Below the pieces are notes generated by a model. That model was not told where the DNA came from, searched no databases, and was given only the letters and a program-made list of their open reading frames with translations. The position numbers were made by a program, and so were the translations under genes. Positions 26,532 to 35,774 of a stretch of DNA of 64,000 nt are shown here, piece by piece (the stretch's first letter is position 1; the number at the start of each line of letters is the position of its first letter). The stretch is from Spirochaetia bacterium (lineage in GTDB: Bacteria > Spirochaetota > Spirochaetia > UBA9216), in assembly GCA_963675665.1 (NCBI GenBank), contig OY776510.1:1920001-1984000 (forward strand), given 5' to 3'.

Positions 26532-27668
26532 ATGCCCTGGATTACTTTTATGGCTAACGGTCTGTGGGTCCTTGTTATAGGACTTATGGGACCGTCGGTT
26601 CCGTTTATTATCAATGAATTCTCAATTGATTATTCTCAGGCCGGGTTAATATTTACTCTGCTTTCAATCGCATCTTTCCTGGGCACCTTCGCCGGCGGCT
26701 GGATTTCGGATTACCGCTACCGAAAGTTTTTCTGGATGCTTTTTCTGGTTATGCTGACCGCCGGACTGGTGTTTTTCGGGTTTGCCGCCTCTTTTTCAAT
26801 GATTCTCGTAATTGTATTTGTAATGAGTTTATTCGGCAGTCCAATCGGTGCGGTAGGGCAGAGCATCATGCTTCAGATGTTTCCGGAAAAGAGAAGCTCC
26901 TATCTGTCGCTGTCTACTATGTTCGCCGCCGTCGGAAGTTTTCTTGCGCCGATATTGATTTCTCTTGCCTGCCTGACAGGTTTCGGATGGCGCGGAGCTT
27001 TTTATGCAGCTGCGTTAATAGCACTGGTTCTGTTTACACTTGTATCTTTTTCCGGATTGCCGAAACCGCCGGTCCATCAGGGCGGAGCATTAAGCGTGTT
27101 CAGGCTGTTCGGCGATCGAAGGGTCCTTTTTGCCGGGATTATGATTTTTTTAAGCGTCGGTCTTGATTTGGGATTCTCGTATTGGCTTGCTGAATATTTT
27201 GTAAGTAAAGTTGGAACAGCGGCAGAGTTTTCAGGATTTGCTGTCGGCTGTTATCTTGCCGGAGTCATCTCCGGGCGTTTTGCGAACTCCAGAAAGCCTT
27301 TATCAATCGGTTATGGTAAGCTGTGCGGAACAGGTCTTGTGCTTGCCGCGGTATGGCTTGTATTGTTTCTGAATGTTGAACTTGTATCGATGAAGCTTGT
27401 CTTTTGTTTTCTGTACGGATTATGTATTGCGCCGACCTTTCCTTCAATGATGGCTGTGGGAACGGGGTTTTATCCTAAGCGTTCAGGAGCGGTAACTGCG
27501 GTTCTTTTTTCAATGATGTCTTTAAGCGGAGCAGTATTCCCGGTAGTTATCGGTTCCATCGGCCAGGTAATGGGGATAGAAAAAGCATACTATGCGCTTA
27601 TTCTGATAATGGTTCCTGTTCTCGCAGGACTGCTTTTCAGCGGAAAACTTACCCGGCAGCCTTCCTGA
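26532..27668 (+). CDS. MFS transporter
   Basis: About 12 hydrophobic segments, motif GWISDYRYRK. Start uncertain. The 3' end overlaps selB by 20 bp. Confidence 0.85.
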   Translation: MPWITFMANGLWVLVIGLMGPSVPFIINEFSIDYSQAGLIFTLLSIASFLGTFAGGWISDYRYRKFFWMLFLVMLTAGLVFFGFAASFSMILVIVFVMSLFGSPIGAVGQSIMLQMFPEKRSSYLSLSTMFAAVGSFLAPILISLACLTGFGWRGAFYAAALIALVLFTLVSFSGLPKPPVHQGGALSVFRLFGDRRVLFAGIMIFLSVGLDLGFSYWLAEYFVSKVGTAAEFSGFAVGCYLAGVISGRFANSRKPLSIGYGKLCGTGLVLAAVWLVLFLNVELVSMKLVFCFLYGLCIAPTFPSMMAVGTGFYPKRSGAVTAVLFSMMSLSGAVFPVVIGSIGQVMGIEKAYYALILIMVPVLAGLLFSGKLTRQPS

Positions 27669-29391
27669 CCCTTCTGAGGTTCTCTTCCCGTTCAACAAAA
27701 CCATCCTCTTCCATGCGGTTTAACAGCGGAATTATATATTTGCGGGACAGCCCGGAACGCTCCTTTGCATGCGCTATATCAAAGGTGTCGCCTGAAGTTA
27801 ATCCCCGAAGAATGTCGGCTTTCAGGTTTTCATAGTTTTCCTGCGTCAGAAAAAGGTTTTCCGCAAGCGGTATTATGAGTCCCGCACGCGTAAGGTTCCT
27901 CAGCTCGTTTTTTGCTCCGGGAATCCTTGTTTTATTCAGATCCAGGCCTAATTTACCTTCTTTACCGGCTAGATCAAGGATCTTCCTTGCATTTTCCGAA
28001 AGCTTTGCCCTGGTGTCGGAACTGTCGCCGCTGAACAGCGTGCCGTTCTTTTCAACGAGTTTATCGTCCGACAGAAGCGAGTTGATTATAAAGTCGGCGG
28101 CCCCTGCGGGCATGTCAAGCTTTCCCGAGAGTTCTTCCCGACGCAATCCGCCGGCTCCTGAAGCATGTTCAAGCAGTATCTTTTCCGTTTCTGCTTTTTT
28201 TATCTGATCGAAGACCCATTTCCCGTTATCTGCAGCAAAACCTTTTACTGCAAGCTGCAACTCCGCCCGGGTTACACCTGGCTTTCCGGCAGAGGCTTTG
28301 ATTATGCTTATTCTTTCGTCACGGTTTGTTTTGCCCTTCCAGATAATAATCCCGCTGCCGGTAATAAGGCTGCCGCCCTTTCGGATGATAACGACCGGCT
28401 GGCTGTATCTGAGTGCCATCGCATTGTCGAGAACAACACGTGCACATACCGGAATCCCCGATTCATCTTTTATAAGGTGAATGGTGCCGATTGTATGATC
28501 CGTTCCGGCTGCAAATTCGGCTTCAGAATGGTTTCTTATATTGCTGCAGTCGCCGGTGAGCTTCAAAATCAGTTCTTTTTCAGCCGTGAACCCTGATCCG
28601 GCTGTTGTCAGGCAGCAGCCGCGCCGGACTTCTGAAGCATCTGTTCCGCTGATGTTAAGGGCTGTGCGGCATGCGGGAACCGCCCTGTCGGTTTCGGTAT
28701 CGTATGTCTGAAGCCCTCTTACGCGGACTTCCCGGCCCTCCGGCAGGACCACCAGGCTGTCGCCGCGGCGAACGGCTCCTTCACGGAGGCTGCCGGTTAC
28801 AACAAGGCCTGCGCCTCGTATTGTAAATACCCTGTCGATATAGATTAACGGGTCAGAGGCAGTTCTGTTCTGCAGCCCGTCACTGATCAGCGAAAGCTGC
28901 CTGATAATAAGGTCTTTAAGTTCGGATATACCGCTGTCCGTTACGGAAGAAACAGCAATTAAAGGAGGAACCTGCCCGGTCTTGTCAAGAATTCTCAACT
29001 CGACATCGTCAGCAACCTCTTTTACACGCTCTGCAGGTACAATATCTGTTTTGGTAATCACGGCAATAAGTTGATTTATCCCCATTGCAGACAAAACATG
29101 CAGATGATTTTCGGTTTGATACATCCAGCCGTCGTCCGCGGCAACAACAAGAAGCGCAAGATCTATACCCCAGGCTCCGGCAGTCATGTTGCGGATAAAT
29201 TTTTCATGGCCTGGAACATCCACAACACCGATATCTTCCCCTTCGGTATTTTTAAAATGCGCAAACCCCAGATCTATAGTCAGGCCGCGCTTTTTTTCTT
29301 CAGGCAGCCTGTCGGTATCGATTCCGGTAAGCGCTTTTATGAGACATGTTTTACCGTGATCCACGTGGCCGGCGGTTCCGATTATATGCAT
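27649..29391 (-). CDS. selB: Selenocysteine-specific translation elongation factor
   Basis: IGTAGHVDHGKT, EEKKRGLTIDLGFA, DVPGHEKF and IDRVFT..GAG.VVTG. C-terminal winged helix LSRKYIIPLL. Confidence 0.96.
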   Translation of the reverse strand: MHIIGTAGHVDHGKTCLIKALTGIDTDRLPEEKKRGLTIDLGFAHFKNTEGEDIGVVDVPGHEKFIRNMTAGAWGIDLALLVVAADDGWMYQTENHLHVLSAMGINQLIAVITKTDIVPAERVKEVADDVELRILDKTGQVPPLIAVSSVTDSGISELKDLIIRQLSLISDGLQNRTASDPLIYIDRVFTIRGAGLVVTGSLREGAVRRGDSLVVLPEGREVRVRGLQTYDTETDRAVPACRTALNISGTDASEVRRGCCLTTAGSGFTAEKELILKLTGDCSNIRNHSEAEFAAGTDHTIGTIHLIKDESGIPVCARVVLDNAMALRYSQPVVIIRKGGSLITGSGIIIWKGKTNRDERISIIKASAGKPGVTRAELQLAVKGFAADNGKWVFDQIKKAETEKILLEHASGAGGLRREELSGKLDMPAGAADFIINSLLSDDKLVEKNGTLFSGDSSDTRAKLSENARKILDLAGKEGKLGLDLNKTRIPGAKNELRNLTRAGLIIPLAENLFLTQENYENLKADILRGLTSGDTFDIAHAKERSGLSRKYIIPLLNRMEEDGFVEREENLRRVRKAAG

Positions 29392-29392
29392 C

Positions 29393-30742
29393 TCAGAGTT
29401 TTTCCTCGAGCTCTTTTAATATGTTTTTAAGCTGTTTGATCTCGTCGTCATTAAGAGCCGCAGGATTCAATAATGCTTTATCATGTTTTATTGTTCCTAT
29501 TACAGGCGGGCTGCTTTCCCGAAGAAGCTTGAGAATCTGGTCGGGTTTAAATTTATCCGACTTGATTTCAATTGCCCTGGATTCAAAGAACTGGTCCGGG
29601 GTGCTGCCGCCGCCTATGCACTGCAGATCATCGGCGAGCTGGAATATTTCGGTCGACAGGCCCCTTTTTATTTTCCGGCACTTGTCGGCTGTTTCTTCAC
29701 CGTTAACGGCTGTTTCGGCGTGACGTGAGAAGGCTCCCGGATTGTCCATCCTCTGAATGAGTGTGGATTCAAGAAGAGAATATATCGTTTTTCCCGGTCT
29801 CATGGTTCTAATCAACGGGTGTCTGTCGAGGATTTCGATCAGCTTTTTCCTTCCTGCTATGATTCCGCCCTGAGGTCCTCCCGGCATTTTATCGCACGAG
29901 AAGGTAACAAGATCGGCACCGTCCGTTATGAGCGAACGAGTTTTCTGTTCGCCCGGAAGATTTTCATTCAGAACACCCGAACCCTGGTCCACTACGGTGA
30001 GGACTCCTTCTGGCAGGGCGGACGTAATTTCCTTAAGCGAAGGTTCAGATGTGAACCCCCTCAGGGCAAAATTTGATCTATGAACTTTAAGGACCATTGC
30101 CGTGTTTTCATTTACAGCGTTAATGTAATCCGAAAGGGTTGTTATGTTTGTTGTGCCGACTTCCACAAGTTTTGCTCCCGAAGCCTTAAGAATTTCCGGA
30201 ATCCTGAAGCCTCCGCCGATCTGTACCTGTTCGCTTCTTGATACGATAACTTCTTTGCCTGCGGCAAAAGTGTTGAGAACCAGGTAAACTGCCGCAGCAT
30301 TGTTGTTTACGACAGCACAGCTTTCTGCTCCGCACAGGGTTTTTATCAGAAGAGGGATAAGGCCGTTGCGCTTTCCGCGCTTGCCTGTTTTAAGGGAAAG
30401 TTCCAGGCTGGAGTAGCCGGTATTTATCTCGCGGCAGTCTTCCCATACTTCGGGGCGTATTGGTGAACGCCCCATGTTTGTATGGAGTATAACACCGGTA
30501 GCATTGATTACGGGTCTTATTCTGCGGCTGTACAGGTCGATGCAGATTTTATCAATCAGCTTATAGAGTTCTTTCTCGCTGTACGATTTGCCGGCTTTCA
30601 GTTTTTCCCGGTAATGATCTACAGCCCGTTTTACTGCCGAGGATGTTAACGGCCGGCTGATTCTTTGCGGCCATACTGAAATACGATCGTCTTCCATGAT
30701 TTGTTCTATCTGGGGTATTTTCTTTAATTCGGAATTATCCAT
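29393..30742 (-). CDS. selA: L-seryl-tRNA(Sec) selenium transferase
   Basis: VINATGVILHTNMGRS, VNNNAAAV, IGGGFRIPE, EVGTTN, KVHRSNF, FSCDK..GGPQGG and GGGSTP. Confidence 0.96.
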   Translation of the reverse strand: MDNSELKKIPQIEQIMEDDRISVWPQRISRPLTSSAVKRAVDHYREKLKAGKSYSEKELYKLIDKICIDLYSRRIRPVINATGVILHTNMGRSPIRPEVWEDCREINTGYSSLELSLKTGKRGKRNGLIPLLIKTLCGAESCAVVNNNAAAVYLVLNTFAAGKEVIVSRSEQVQIGGGFRIPEILKASGAKLVEVGTTNITTLSDYINAVNENTAMVLKVHRSNFALRGFTSEPSLKEITSALPEGVLTVVDQGSGVLNENLPGEQKTRSLITDGADLVTFSCDKMPGGPQGGIIAGRKKLIEILDRHPLIRTMRPGKTIYSLLESTLIQRMDNPGAFSRHAETAVNGEETADKCRKIKRGLSTEIFQLADDLQCIGGGSTPDQFFESRAIEIKSDKFKPDQILKLLRESSPPVIGTIKHDKALLNPAALNDDEIKQLKNILKELEEKL

Positions 30743-30833
30743 GGTTACCTTCTTTTTTTAAGAATCGGCCCGGCGGCCGTTAATCTGAAATAATAAAAAA
30801 GGGGAATAAAAAGGAATTATGCAGGATGTTGTA

Positions 30834-30862
30834 TTGACTGAAAAGTATTAATAGGTAATAAT
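30834..30862 (+). promoter_or_regulatory. Candidate sigma70 promoter
   Basis: TTGACT-17 bp-AATAAT upstream of RBS AAGGAG. Confidence 0.45.
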
Positions 30863-30893
30863 AAGGAATATTGAGTGATGTAAGGAGCATAAA

Positions 30894-31355
30894 ATGAACA
30901 AGACATTGTATTCAGTTAATGAAATCGCTGAAATTCTCGGGTTACATCCAAAAACAGTTCAGCGTTTTATTCGCGAAGGGAAACTTAAAGCCCATAAAAT
31001 CGGCCGTGCATGGAAGGTCAGTATTGATGATCTGAAAGAATATTCTCATGCAGAACTGTCGGTTGGAACAGACGGCTCAACCGGAAAAGGTTATCCTGTT
31101 TCAGCAGACAAGCCTCTGGAGGAGCGTATAAACGTTTCGGCAGTAATTGAACTGAAAGATGCCGCCGACAGGGAAGTCTCAAGAATATCAAATACGCTGA
31201 TTGCTGTACTTAACAGCAAAGATCCCGCCTGGGGGAAAACAAGATACGACTATATTTATCAACCTGAGACAGGTACGGCAAGGTTTATCCTGTACGGAAA
31301 ACCGTTGTTTATAAGCAGTATTATAAAAATGCTGGAACCGTTGATGGATGATTAG
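30894..31355 (+). CDS. HTH_17 (excisionase-like/MerR-like) DNA-binding protein
   Basis: LYSVNEIAEILGLHPKTVQRFIREGKLKAHKIGRAWKV. Confidence 0.85.
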   Translation: MNKTLYSVNEIAEILGLHPKTVQRFIREGKLKAHKIGRAWKVSIDDLKEYSHAELSVGTDGSTGKGYPVSADKPLEERINVSAVIELKDAADREVSRISNTLIAVLNSKDPAWGKTRYDYIYQPETGTARFILYGKPLFISSIIKMLEPLMDD

Positions 31356-31375
31356 GTAGGGAACAGGAGAAGGAA

Positions 31376-32251
31376 ATGAATAAAATTGATGTGAAAAAAA
31401 GTGTTTTCCGTTCGGAAGACGGTAAAAAAAGGATACAGGATTATTACGGAAAACTCCTCGAGCAGTGGCCGGGCGGCTGCGAAAGAAAGCTGATACCTAC
31501 TGTATGCGGTGATACTCATGTAATAAGTTCCGGTAATCCGGATCTTCCCCCGCTGCTGCTTCTGCATGGAGCTTCCGGTAATTCCTCGGCATGGATGGGT
31601 TATGCAACGATATGGGCAGAATCGTTCAGGCTGGTGGCGGCTGATATGCCGGGAGAGCCGGGGTTGAGTGAAGATCGCCGGATGAGCCCCTCGGGTGATG
31701 ATTATATTTTATGGCTGGAAAGCCTGCTTGACCGGCTTGGAATTGCGCAGGTTCCAATTGTCGGAATGTCGCTCGGAAGTTTCGTTGCGCTGCGGTTTGC
31801 ATCAGCTTTTCCGGATCGTGTCAGCTCTTTAAGTCTGATTACTGCTTCAGGTCTTGCCCCTGCACGGATCAGCTATCTTTTTAAAGCTCTTCCACTGATG
31901 ATGCTCGGAAAATGGGGAGCCGATCGCAATTACAGGATGATCTCCCATGGGCAGCCCCTTACGGATGAGGTTTTTGAATTCGGAAGGCTTGTTTCAAAAT
32001 ATTACAGGCCTTTGATGGGACCGATTCCGATGCTGACGGATACGGAGCTTGACAGTCTGACGATGCCGGTTCAGTATTTCGGCGGATGTCATGATGTTCT
32101 TTTGAATAGCGAGGCGTCGGCGAATCGGCTGAAAAAATCGGTCCCACAGGCGGAAATTAATCTTCTTCAGGAAACAGGGCACGTTATCCTGGGGCAGGGA
32201 ATGAAGGTTTTGGAGTTTGTAGAGAAAAATTCTTCAGAGTATGTTGTTTGA
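31376..32251 (+). CDS. Alpha/beta-fold hydrolase
   Basis: LLLLHG, D.PGEPGLS, nucleophile GMSLG, GCHDVL and TGH. Confidence 0.9.
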   Translation: MNKIDVKKSVFRSEDGKKRIQDYYGKLLEQWPGGCERKLIPTVCGDTHVISSGNPDLPPLLLLHGASGNSSAWMGYATIWAESFRLVAADMPGEPGLSEDRRMSPSGDDYILWLESLLDRLGIAQVPIVGMSLGSFVALRFASAFPDRVSSLSLITASGLAPARISYLFKALPLMMLGKWGADRNYRMISHGQPLTDEVFEFGRLVSKYYRPLMGPIPMLTDTELDSLTMPVQYFGGCHDVLLNSEASANRLKKSVPQAEINLLQETGHVILGQGMKVLEFVEKNSSEYVV

Positions 32252-32281
32252 TCTGAAAGAAAGCAGTGATGCGTAGAGAGC

Positions 32282-32318
32282 ACGGAGCAGAATTGACTGG
32301 TTGTCAATTCTGCTCCGT
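32282..32318. repeat. Perfect 16-bp hairpin with TGGTT loop (bidirectional terminator or dispersed palindromic element)
   Basis: acggagcagaattgac-TGGTT-gtcaattctgctccgt between convergent genes. Same loop as hairpins at 5581 and 5705. Confidence 0.8.
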
Positions 32319-32422
32319 CACCAGCGAAATTTTTAATTCAAGCATACGGTGATTACGGAAAAAGTTTTACTTCAACGGTTTCAGTCCGGGGGAGGTTTGG
32401 GGCTGATCTTGCCTGATTAATA

Positions 32423-34240
32423 CTATTTAATCAGGGGAAATTTTACAGTAAATCTGGTTCCGCCTTTAGGTATGTTTTCTGCTGTAATTTCCCCTTTAAA
32501 TTTTGTGATGGTATTGTAGCTGATATACAGCCCCATACCCATGCTCTGATTTCTTTTTTTATTGGAGGAGTAGAACGGCATGAATATAGTATTCATTTTC
32601 CCCTCTTCAATACCGGTTCCCGTATCTTCAAAAATGATCGCTACTTTATCATGTTCCTTATCGCTGTATTTGGTGCTGATGAGAAGTTCGCCTCCGTCCG
32701 GCATGGCTTCTATTGCATTGCGGATTAGATTGAGAAATACCTGTCTTATTTCTGTCTTGCTGGCATAAATTTCAAAAATCTGTTTTGAATCATCAACAAT
32801 AATTCTGACATTACTTTTCTTTGCATTGAATGTTAGAAGCATTACAACTCTTAGGAGCAGATCCGTAACATTGAAAACTTCAAGAGGGGCGTTCTCTTCT
32901 GTTGAGAAACCCATCAGGTTGCTGATAGTCTGGGTGATAACCTTGATCTCATCTTCAATTATTTCAATATCAGCTGTAAGTGAAGTTTCATTACAGTTAT
33001 ATTTCATAATCTCAATGATATTTCTGATTATCCCCAGAGGATGATTGATTTCATGAGCAACACCAGCCGCAAGCATCCCGACAGAAGCAAGTTTTTCATT
33101 CTGGATAATATGTTCTCTGAGTGATTCTTCTTCGGTAGTGTCTGTAAGTATAAGAATCTTCCCGATAGAGTTATTATCTTCCATTATCGAAAATGAAGTT
33201 ATATTTGCTATACGTTTGATTCCGTTGAAGAATATCTGGGTTTTAACTGTCTTTGGAGTTGCATCTGAATTCATCAGCGATGTTTCATACTCTTTGGGAA
33301 CGGTAAGAAGCGCCCTCATGGGTCGGTTAAGCAATTGGGAGGTTTTAATCTGAAAGTAATTTTCGGCATGCAGATTCAGAAATTTAATATTGTAGTTATT
33401 GTCGACAGCGATAAGTACTACAGGCAGATCTATCAAAATGGCCTGATTGTATTTTATCAGGTTATAAAAATCTTTATTTGATGTGATCGTATTATGATTC
33501 AGAACATGGCTGTAGAGAATTTTAAGCAGATTATATTTGTCAAGATTGCCGTAAAGATCTGTAAGTATTATTTCACCCTGTCTCAATACAGAAAGATTTG
33601 TCGTAATCGGCGGAATGTAATCAATATGATTTATAAGAAGCAGGATTACGCCTCCGTTTGAAGCGAGTGTCTTTATTATTGCAATAGTCTTGTTGAAATT
33701 ATCAGCTGTCAGTTTGGACAGCACTTCATCAAGTATAAGAACTTTAGGTTTGCAGAAAATGGATATAAGTATTTCCAGAAAAATCTTTTCTGATTCGCTC
33801 AAACTGCCGATTGGCGTCTCTGCAGTAAAATCAGTATCGTAATCTTTAAGAAATTTATTCACCTCTATATTATATGATTTTGAGTCAAAGACCTTGCTGT
33901 ATTTTTTAATCTGGATATAAATGAAAAATTGTTCGCCTACGGTTATGTTTTCAAGAAGAAATCTGCTGTCGGTTATTACTTCAATGCCCAGCCTTCTGGA
34001 TTCTTTTATTGTAAGATTTCTGTAGGATTTGCTGCCGATTCTTATGCGGCCAGTTGATGCTTTCAGACTGCCTTTAAGTATATTGCTGATCAGACTTTTA
34101 CCGGATTCCTTTTCTCCAAGAATTGTATGAATATCTCCGGGGTGGAGTATAATATTTAAAGGTTTGAGCTCTGTTTTTTGAGCGTTCTTTTTTTGTGGTA
34201 TATATGTAATATTTTCTATTGAAATATCGTCTTTGTTCAT
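32423..34240 (-). CDS. Soluble histidine kinase with N-terminal degenerate sugar-ABC ATPase domain, PAS, HisKA and HATPase
   Basis: ILGEKESGKS (Walker A), VLILDE (Walker B), PAS-like segment, LAAGVAHEINHPL (H box), NLIRNA, EDTGTGI and GMGL. No TM segment seen. Confidence 0.88.
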   Translation of the reverse strand: MNKDDISIENITYIPQKKNAQKTELKPLNIILHPGDIHTILGEKESGKSLISNILKGSLKASTGRIRIGSKSYRNLTIKESRRLGIEVITDSRFLLENITVGEQFFIYIQIKKYSKVFDSKSYNIEVNKFLKDYDTDFTAETPIGSLSESEKIFLEILISIFCKPKVLILDEVLSKLTADNFNKTIAIIKTLASNGGVILLLINHIDYIPPITTNLSVLRQGEIILTDLYGNLDKYNLLKILYSHVLNHNTITSNKDFYNLIKYNQAILIDLPVVLIAVDNNYNIKFLNLHAENYFQIKTSQLLNRPMRALLTVPKEYETSLMNSDATPKTVKTQIFFNGIKRIANITSFSIMEDNNSIGKILILTDTTEEESLREHIIQNEKLASVGMLAAGVAHEINHPLGIIRNIIEIMKYNCNETSLTADIEIIEDEIKVITQTISNLMGFSTEENAPLEVFNVTDLLLRVVMLLTFNAKKSNVRIIVDDSKQIFEIYASKTEIRQVFLNLIRNAIEAMPDGGELLISTKYSDKEHDKVAIIFEDTGTGIEEGKMNTIFMPFYSSNKKRNQSMGMGLYISYNTITKFKGEITAENIPKGGTRFTVKFPLIK

Positions 34241-35574
34241 ACATCGACCTTTTTAAGAGAAATCCTGTACCTGGTGATTTTCCTGTAAAGGGTAGTTCTG
34301 CTGATTCCAAGAGCTTTTGCAGTATCGATTTTGTTGTAATTATACTTCTGCAGAGCCAGTTCAATTCTCTCTCTATCAATTTCAGGTTCAGTTTCAATCG
34401 GGTTGAACTCCCTGGTTTTTACAGCAGGTTTCATGAATTCCGGAAGGCTGTCGACCCCTATAGTATCGTTCAGTGAAGTAGCGCAGGAATATGAAATAAT
34501 ATTTATCAGTTCGCGAATATTTCCAGGCCAGTCGTAATCCATCAGCTTGCCGAAGACATCGTCCTTAATGAAGATCTCTTTCTGGTAATCCCTGTTGTAT
34601 TTATCAACAATATTTTTTACCAGAAGCGGAATGTCGTCTTTACGCTCTCGCAGCGGAGGTATTGTGAAGATTCCGGTATTTAACCTGTAGAAAAGATCTT
34701 CCCTGAATGAATTCTGCTGTACCAGGGTATAAAGGTCCTTATTTGTAGCTGCAATAAACCTGACATCAACTTTAATTATTTCCTTGCCTCCGATTCTTCG
34801 CAGTTCCTTGTTTTGTATTGCGCGCAGGATCTTTGCCTGAAGCGCCATCGACATATCGCCAAGCTCATCAAGAAATAATGAGCTGTTATGTGAGCGCTCA
34901 AAAATTCCCTTATACTGTTTGTCTGCGCCGGTAAAAGCGCCTCTGTCATGTCCGAAAAGTTCATTATCAAGCAGTGATTCCGGAAAGGCGGCGCAGTTTA
35001 TTTTCTGCAGCTGCTGATTCCTCCTTAGTGAATTTGAATGAATGAATTCGGCAAGGAGCTCTTTTCCGGTGCCGCTTTCACCGTTAATAAGTGCCGGCAG
35101 ATCTGTGGAAGCATATAAGGAGGCTTTTTCAAGAAGTTCCAGCATCTTCCGGTTTCTGGTAATTATCCCGTGCGTATGCGAGAAGTATTTTTGAAGTTCG
35201 AACTGTTCGATATTATTATTGCAGTACTTCTCAATCAGGCTTACAAGGTGCTCAATTGAAATAGGCTTCTGTATATAGTCTACCGCACCGGCCTGCATGG
35301 ATATTACCGCTGTTGAGATGGTGCCGTAGGCCGTAATCATGATTACAGGAATTCTGGGATATTTGTCGGCAAATTTTAAAAGCAGATCCATTCCTGATTC
35401 TTCACCGAGCATAATATCAAGAAGTATCATATCTATTTGTTTATCCAACAGAATATTAAAAGCCGAACTGCCGTTTAATGCGCTGAAAGCATTATATCCC
35501 CTTATTTTTAATAATCTGGAAAGCGATATATTATGCATCTCCTGATCGTCGACGATGAGTATGTTCTGTTTCAT
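34237..35574 (-). CDS. Sigma54-dependent NtrC-family response regulator
   Basis: REC (ILIVDD, LLDIML, K), GESGTGKE, GAFTGA, LFLDE, WPGNIREL and Fis HTH. ATG 35574 follows CAGGAGG. Confidence 0.95.
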   Translation of the reverse strand: MKQNILIVDDQEMHNISLSRLLKIRGYNAFSALNGSSAFNILLDKQIDMILLDIMLGEESGMDLLLKFADKYPRIPVIMITAYGTISTAVISMQAGAVDYIQKPISIEHLVSLIEKYCNNNIEQFELQKYFSHTHGIITRNRKMLELLEKASLYASTDLPALINGESGTGKELLAEFIHSNSLRRNQQLQKINCAAFPESLLDNELFGHDRGAFTGADKQYKGIFERSHNSSLFLDELGDMSMALQAKILRAIQNKELRRIGGKEIIKVDVRFIAATNKDLYTLVQQNSFREDLFYRLNTGIFTIPPLRERKDDIPLLVKNIVDKYNRDYQKEIFIKDDVFGKLMDYDWPGNIRELINIISYSCATSLNDTIGVDSLPEFMKPAVKTREFNPIETEPEIDRERIELALQKYNYNKIDTAKALGISRTTLYRKITRYRISLKKVDV

Positions 35575-35584
35575 TAAATCCTCC

Positions 35585-35649
35585 TGAAACAATAATGTTT
35601 CACTTTGTGGTACATTATTGTTACGGTTGGTGGTACATTATTGTACCAC
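35585..35649. promoter_or_regulatory. Three tandem palindromic sites (candidate enhancer/UAS of the NtrC-type regulator)
   Basis: tgaaaca-ataa-tgtttca (35585), gtggtaca-ttat-tgttac (35607) and gtggtaca-ttat-tgtaccac (35630). Common ACA-N4-TGT core, about 22-23 bp period. Confidence 0.7.
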
Positions 35650-35774
35650 TTTAACATTGAATTCAAATTTATAAAAGTAAAATGTTTAGCTGTTCCAAAT
35701 AAAAGGTTAAGTAATTTCATAATATATAAGGCATTATAAATTTACTTGTGTATTGTGTTGTATAAAACCGACGA

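Noticed and set aside
30743-30893. tRNA-Sec near selA
   Set aside because: No UCA anticodon arm or T-arm pattern found here or in the other intergenic gaps.
30894-31355. Excisionase-like HTH as sign of a prophage or ICE
   Set aside because: No integrase, att repeats or phage genes. It is paired with a hydrolase and is more likely a regulator.
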